The position numbers and the translations under genes are program-made. Of a DNA stretch of 64,000 bases, positions 59,833-64,000 are shown one piece after another. Numbering within the stretch: position 1 is the stretch's first letter; the number at the start of each line of letters is the position of its first letter. The stretch is taken from positions 17,477-81,476 of the forward strand of contig JACMLB010000038.1 of assembly GCA_014379805.1 (NCBI GenBank), read 5' to 3'. The notes under the pieces are model-generated. The model saw nothing but the letters and a program-made list of their open reading frames with translations. It was not told where the DNA came from and did no database searches. This DNA is from Rhodospirillales bacterium (GTDB lineage: Bacteria > Pseudomonadota > Alphaproteobacteria > Rhodospirillales > Magnetospirillaceae).

Positions 59833-60369
59833 CTAACCGCCCAGGATGATCTCGGCGGCAGCCGGCAAATCGTCCACCACGTGATGGGCCTTGGTGCCCG
59901 TCACGTATTTGTGGCCGTGGCCGGTGCGCACCAGAAACGTGGTTGCGCCCACCGCCAAGCCCAGCTCCACATCCACTTCTTTGTCGCCGATTATGATGGC
60001 CTGGGCGGGGTCGAAGCCGTGCACCGCCACCGCCTGCTCGATCATACCCGGCAGCGGCTTGCGACAGGTGCAATCGTCGTCGGGTCCGTGCGGGCACAGA
60101 TAGATGCCGTCCACCTCGGTGCCTTCGGCGGCCAACAGCTCGCGCAGGCGGGCGTGGATCAGGTCAAGGCGGGGCAAGTCGAAATAGCCGCGCGCGATGC
60201 CCGATTGGTTGGTCACCACTATTACGCCGAAGCCCGCCGCCCGCAGCCGGCGGATGGCTTGACCCGCGCCGGGAATCAGCTCCAGTTGGTCCGGGTCCGA
60301 CAAATAGTGCTTTTCGATGTTGAGCGTTCCGTCCCGGTCAATCAGGACGAAGCGGCGGGCGTTGGTCAT
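59833..60369 (-). CDS. gmhB: D,D-heptose 1,7-bisphosphate phosphatase (HAD-IIIA)
   Basis: DRDGTL, TNQSGIARG, CPHGPDDDCTCRKP, IGDK. ATG 60369 (ATGA overlap). Confidence 0.9.
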   Translation of the reverse strand: MTNARRFVLIDRDGTLNIEKHYLSDPDQLELIPGAGQAIRRLRAAGFGVIVVTNQSGIARGYFDLPRLDLIHARLRELLAAEGTEVDGIYLCPHGPDDDCTCRKPLPGMIEQAVAVHGFDPAQAIIIGDKEVDVELGLAVGATTFLVRTGHGHKYVTGTKAHHVVDDLPAAAEIILGG

Positions 60370-61679
60370 GGGGCGTCCGGCAGGCGTTGCAGGCGCGCGG
60401 CGAAGAAGGCGTCCATGCCGCCGGCCTCGGCCAGATGGAAGGGCAGGGTGCGCACGTCGCCGTCGGGGGTGATCAGCTCGCTCAAACCGCCCAATTCTGC
60501 GGCGGTGATGGGCAGGCGGCGCACCGGCGCGCCCGCCGCCAGCAGGCGCTCGATTTGGGCGATGCCTTCCTGGGGTTCCAGCGAACAGACGCAATAGACC
60601 AGGGTGCCGCCGGGCTTGAGCATGGCGATGGCGGCCTTCAGCAAGGCGGCTTGCTGATCGGCCAAGGCGGCCACGTCGCCCGGTCCCTTCAGGCGCAGGC
60701 CGTCAGGGTGGCGGCGCAGGGTGCCGGTGGCGGTGCACGGGGCATCCAGCAGCACCGCGTCGAACGGGGTTTCCGGCGCCCAAGCGGCCACGTCGGCCTC
60801 GACGATCTCAGCCTTCAGCTTCAGGCGATCCAGATTTTGCTGGAAGCGGACCAGCCGGCGGGCCGAGCGGTCCACGGCGGTCACCTGTGCCCCGGCAGAG
60901 GCCAGTTGCAACGCCTTGCCGCCCGGGGCGGCACATAGATCGGCCACGCGTTTGCCGTTGACGTCGCCCATCAGGCGGGCCGGGATGGCCGCAGCCATGT
61001 CTTGGACCCACCACGAGCCCTCGGCAAAACCCGGCAATTGGGTCAAATCGCCGCTTTCGCGGCGGCGCAGGCTGCCGGTGGGCAGCAGATCGGCGCCCAG
61101 GCGCTCGGCCCAATCTTTGGGCTCGCCGGTCACAGTGATATCCACCGGGGCTTCGCTTAGATGGGCATTGGCGATGGCGCGCGCGGTGGCGTCGCCATAG
61201 GTGGCCGACCAGGACGCCCACAGCCAAGTGGGAGTGTTGAGGCGACCGGCATCCTGGGTTTCGATCCAGGCGCGGCCGTCGCGGTCCAGGCGGCGCAGCA
61301 CGGCATTGATCAGCTTGGCGAAACCGGCAAGCTGGGTCCCCTTGACCAGATCCACCGAGGTGTCGATGGCGGCATGGGGCGGCGTGTTGAGGAACAATAA
61401 CTGGCACGCGCCCAGGCGCAGCACGTCATGGGCCCTGCGCGCCTTGTGGGGCAGGCCCTTGTCCAGGCAGCGCTTGATGACGTCGTCAAGCTGGCCCAGC
61501 CGGCGCAGCACGGTTGCCACCAGCATGCGCACGAAGCCGCGGTCGCGTTCTTCAAGCTTGCCATAAGCGGGGGTACTGTCCAGCACCTCATCCAGCAGAC
61601 GCTTGTCCACCAGAATTGCGGCGAGGAGATCGAGGGCGACGGTGCGCGGGTCGGCGCGGGGGGTGCGGGAGCGGGCCAT
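60366..61679 (-). CDS. rsmB: RsmB/Sun RNA m5C methyltransferase with NusB-like N-terminal domain
   Basis: WVQD, DLCAAPGGK, DAPCTATGT.RRHPD, YCVCS. Confidence 0.93.
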   Translation of the reverse strand: MARSRTPRADPRTVALDLLAAILVDKRLLDEVLDSTPAYGKLEERDRGFVRMLVATVLRRLGQLDDVIKRCLDKGLPHKARRAHDVLRLGACQLLFLNTPPHAAIDTSVDLVKGTQLAGFAKLINAVLRRLDRDGRAWIETQDAGRLNTPTWLWASWSATYGDATARAIANAHLSEAPVDITVTGEPKDWAERLGADLLPTGSLRRRESGDLTQLPGFAEGSWWVQDMAAAIPARLMGDVNGKRVADLCAAPGGKALQLASAGAQVTAVDRSARRLVRFQQNLDRLKLKAEIVEADVAAWAPETPFDAVLLDAPCTATGTLRRHPDGLRLKGPGDVAALADQQAALLKAAIAMLKPGGTLVYCVCSLEPQEGIAQIERLLAAGAPVRRLPITAAELGGLSELITPDGDVRTLPFHLAEAGGMDAFFAARLQRLPDAP

Positions 61680-61713
61680 GCCCTCCTTTACCGCATTCTC
61701 CGGCGATTATCCA

Positions 61714-62661
61714 TCATCCCCAGGGGCCACGGCGGCGGGTTCCGCCCCACGGGCCGGTGGGTGCCGTTTGGCGTTCGGCGCGCACGCCCCAGGTCATGCC
61801 CATTTCCGCCGCCATGGCGCGCAGGGCGGCAACCCGGTTGTCCATGGCGGGGTGGGTCGAAAACAGATTGTCCATGGCGCCGCCGTGAAGCGGATTGACG
61901 ATGAACATGTGGGCGGTGGCGGGGCTGCGCTCGGCCACCGGATTGGGGATGGCGTGGGCGGTCTGCTCCAACCGGTCCAGCGCGCTGGCCAGCCACAGCG
62001 GATTGCCGCAGATGCGCGCGCCCTCGGCGTCGGCGGCGTATTCGCGGGTGCGCGAGATGGCCATCTGCACCAGCATGGCGGCCATGGGCGCTACGACCAT
62101 CATGACGATGCCGCCGATCAGCCCCAGACCGCCGCCGCCTTCTTCCTCGTCGCGGTGACCGCCGAACATGGACGAGAACGCGAACATGTTCGCCAGCATG
62201 CCGATGGCACCGGCGAAGGTGGCCGTGATGGTCATGATCAGGGTGTCGCGGTTTTTCACATGGGCAAGCTCGTGGGCCATCACCCCTTCCACTTCCTCGG
62301 GGCTCAGGCTGTCCAGCAGGCCGGTGGTCGCCGCCACCGACGCATGTTCGGGGTCGCGCCCGGTGGCGAAGGCGTTGGGCTGGGGCGAGTCGATGACGAA
62401 CACCTTGGGCATGGGCATGCCGGCGCGCGCGGTCAGGCGCTCGACGATGGCGACCAATCCCGGCGCGGAATGCCGATCCACCTGCTGGGCGCCGTACATG
62501 GACAGCACCATCTTGTCGGAGTTCCAATAGGCGAAGGCATTCATGCCCGCAGCCATCATGAAGGCGATCACCATGCCGCTTTGACCGCCGATCATCGCGC
62601 CAATGGCCATGAACAGCGCGGTCAGCGCGGCAAGCAGAAGGGCGGTTTTGGCAGTGCTCAT
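61714..62661 (-). CDS. htpX: Zinc metalloprotease HtpX
   Basis: [13 protein letters not shown] (HEXXH), ISRTREY, FSTHP. Confidence 0.96.
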   Translation of the reverse strand: MSTAKTALLLAALTALFMAIGAMIGGQSGMVIAFMMAAGMNAFAYWNSDKMVLSMYGAQQVDRHSAPGLVAIVERLTARAGMPMPKVFVIDSPQPNAFATGRDPEHASVAATTGLLDSLSPEEVEGVMAHELAHVKNRDTLIMTITATFAGAIGMLANMFAFSSMFGGHRDEEEGGGGLGLIGGIVMMVVAPMAAMLVQMAISRTREYAADAEGARICGNPLWLASALDRLEQTAHAIPNPVAERSPATAHMFIVNPLHGGAMDNLFSTHPAMDNRVAALRAMAAEMGMTWGVRAERQTAPTGPWGGTRRRGPWG

Positions 62662-62695
62662 GATGAGACCGTTGACTGAGGGCAGGGTGTAGAGT

Positions 62696-62724
62696 GAATA
62701 GGTGTGATCCGCCCGTCCCGCAAG
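62696..62724 (-). promoter_or_regulatory. RpoH (sigma32)-type promoter of htpX
   Basis: Minus strand CTTGCG-N16-CCTATTC matches the alphaproteobacterial RpoH consensus (CTTG...CCTAT), upstream of a heat-shock protease. Confidence 0.6.
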
Positions 62725-62755
62725 GGGCGACGGTCAGATGCAGGGAATTCCCATT

Positions 62756-62911
62756 ATGAGCGACGAGAAGACCGAGCCGGCTGCCGAAAAGGCGGAAGAA
62801 AACAAGGACGCGACGGACAAGGCCCCCGCCACCGAAATCGGCGGCCCCGCCGGCCCCGAGCCGACGCGCTTCGGCGATTGGGAAAAGGGCGGGAGGTGTT
62901 CGGACTTTTAG
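62756..62911 (+). CDS. DUF1674 (SDHAF4-like) small protein, 51 aa (not in ORF track)
   Basis: MSDEKTEP...EIGGPAGPEPTRFGDWEKGGRCSDF*; signature GGPxGxEPTRxGDWE. Confidence 0.9.
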   Translation: MSDEKTEPAAEKAEENKDATDKAPATEIGGPAGPEPTRFGDWEKGGRCSDF

Positions 62912-62962
62912 GTTAGGCCTTTGCCGGAAAGGCAGGGGGCAGCGTGCTTCTCCCTGGAATTC

Positions 62963-63071
62963 TGTCATTCCGAGCGTATGCGAGGAATCTCATCCTGGCA
63001 CGGCATCAGCCAGTGCGAACGCCCCAACCGTTGTGCCAGGCGGAGATCCCTCACATTGGTTCGGGATGACA
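62963..63071. repeat. TGTC-tagged REP-like inverted dimer between convergent genes
   Basis: TGTCATTCCGAGCG..GCGAGGAATCTC / GAGATCCCTCAC..GTTCGGGATGACA with an inner CCTGGCAC/GTGCCAGG stem. Confidence 0.75.
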
Positions 63072-63105
63072 AGCGGGGCGGGATGACAAGCGGGGCGGGA
63101 TGACA
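63062..63105. repeat. 17-bp tandem repeat, about 2.6 copies
   Basis: CGGGATGACAAGCGGGG twice, then CGGGATGACA. Confidence 0.9.
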
Positions 63106-63112
63106 GCCGGCA

Positions 63113-64000
63113 CTAAGCCCGGCACCGCCCCCACAGGCTTGTTGCCGCGTCCACCACCGTTTCCACGTCCAAATCCAGCATCAAGCTGTCCTGGCTGCGG
63201 TGGTTGAAATCGGGGGCGTGGCAGATGTCTTCGAAGCTGCGTGGGCCGCGCGCGCTGGCGGCGCGGTCGCCCCACGGGCCGTAGAATACTTCTGAACTGG
63301 GGCCGAACAGGCCCAAGGTGGGGATGCCGGCAGCGGCGGCCATATGCATCAGCCCTGAATCATTGCCCAGATAGAACGCGCAGCGTTGAAGGCAGGCATA
63401 GGCGGTGGGCAGGCTGACCCCGCCGGTCAGGTAGATGACCCGTTCGCTGGGCACCGATTCCACCACCGGGCGTGCGCGGTCGCGTTCATCCGCCGAGGCG
63501 AACACCGCCACGCGGGCGCCGGGCAGCATGCCGCCCTCGGCGGTCAGGCGGCGCACCGCCTCCACGAAACGTTCAGCCGGCCATTGCTTGCCGCCCCAAT
63601 TGGCGGTGGGGCCGACGGCGAGAACCGGCGTGCCGTCGGGGATCAGGCGGGCGGCCTCGGTGCGCTGGGCGTCATCGGCCCACAGCCGGGGCGCTGCGGG
63701 GGCGGCCAAATCCAGCACGCCGGCCAGATGGCACAGCCGGTGTTGCGGCGTCCATGACGACCGGATGATGCGCCGTCGCAATGTGGGCACCAGCCAGCCC
63801 ATGGCCGAGCCGCGCAAATCCACCACCAGGGACCACGGAGTCAGCACGGTCTGCTTCCACAAATCCCGCCAATGACCGGCCCGCTTGCGCTTGACCAGGG
63901 GGATTACCCGCTCGACGAAGGGGGCGGCGGCGAACAGCGGCGCGGCCACCGCTCCGCAGGCCACGGTGAAGCGGGCCTGGGGGTAGCGGTCGGCCAAATG
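63113..64000 (-). CDS. GT9 heptosyltransferase-like protein, 5' end outside window
   Basis: VDLRGS, KQWPAERF, GNDSGLMHMAAAAGIPTLGLFGPS. Confidence 0.9.
   Translation of the reverse strand, partial: HLADRYPQARFTVACGAVAAPLFAAAPFVERVIPLVKRKRAGHWRDLWKQTVLTPWSLVVDLRGSAMGWLVPTLRRRIIRSSWTPQHRLCHLAGVLDLAAPAAPRLWADDAQRTEAARLIPDGTPVLAVGPTANWGGKQWPAERFVEAVRRLTAEGGMLPGARVAVFASADERDRARPVVESVPSERVIYLTGGVSLPTAYACLQRCAFYLGNDSGLMHMAAAAGIPTLGLFGPSSEVFYGPWGDRAASARGPRSFEDICHAPDFNHRSQDSLMLDLDVETVVDAATSLWGRCRA

Noticed and set aside
63062-63105. CRISPR-like repeat
   Set aside because: The period is 17 bp with identical spacers, and no cas genes are present.

Overview
GC-rich alphaproteobacterial chromosome segment (Rhodospirillaceae/Magnetospirillum-like is a guess from gene content, not proven). 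Positions 1-55709 form a very large surface-glycan biosynthesis island. All but one of its ~49 genes lie on the minus strand, many with ATGA/GTGA overlaps. In transcription order it holds: two GT-C-like membrane proteins; two FkbM methyltransferases; an AsnB-like protein lacking the catalytic Cys; GT4s; a SPASM radical SAM enzyme; a PglK/MsbA-like ABC exporter; a legionaminic-acid-type nonulosonate pathway (legB, legC, neuC, neuB, neuD, two neuA, ptmE-like) with an amidotransferase-HisF-HisH module and an oxidoreductase/SDR pair; several orphan GT-B-like proteins; a 56-aa ORF; a Maf/DUF115 protein; a B12 radical SAM; and a TIGR04372-like GT. Next comes an unusual sugar cassette (SDR, reversed HldE-like, GmhA-like, SDR, TPP E1 alpha/beta, two DegT aminotransferases, methyltransferase, NifU-like protein without cluster cysteines, SPASM radical SAM). 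The island ends with asnB, a methyltransferase-GT2 fusion, GT4s and an O-antigen-ligase-like protein. The right end carries purH, a nucleotide-sugar dehydrogenase, a GT2, gmhB, rsmB, htpX, a DUF1674 protein, a GT9 and palindromic REP-like elements. No rRNA, tRNA, CRISPR or transposase was recognised. All family assignments come from motifs read by eye; no database search was run.
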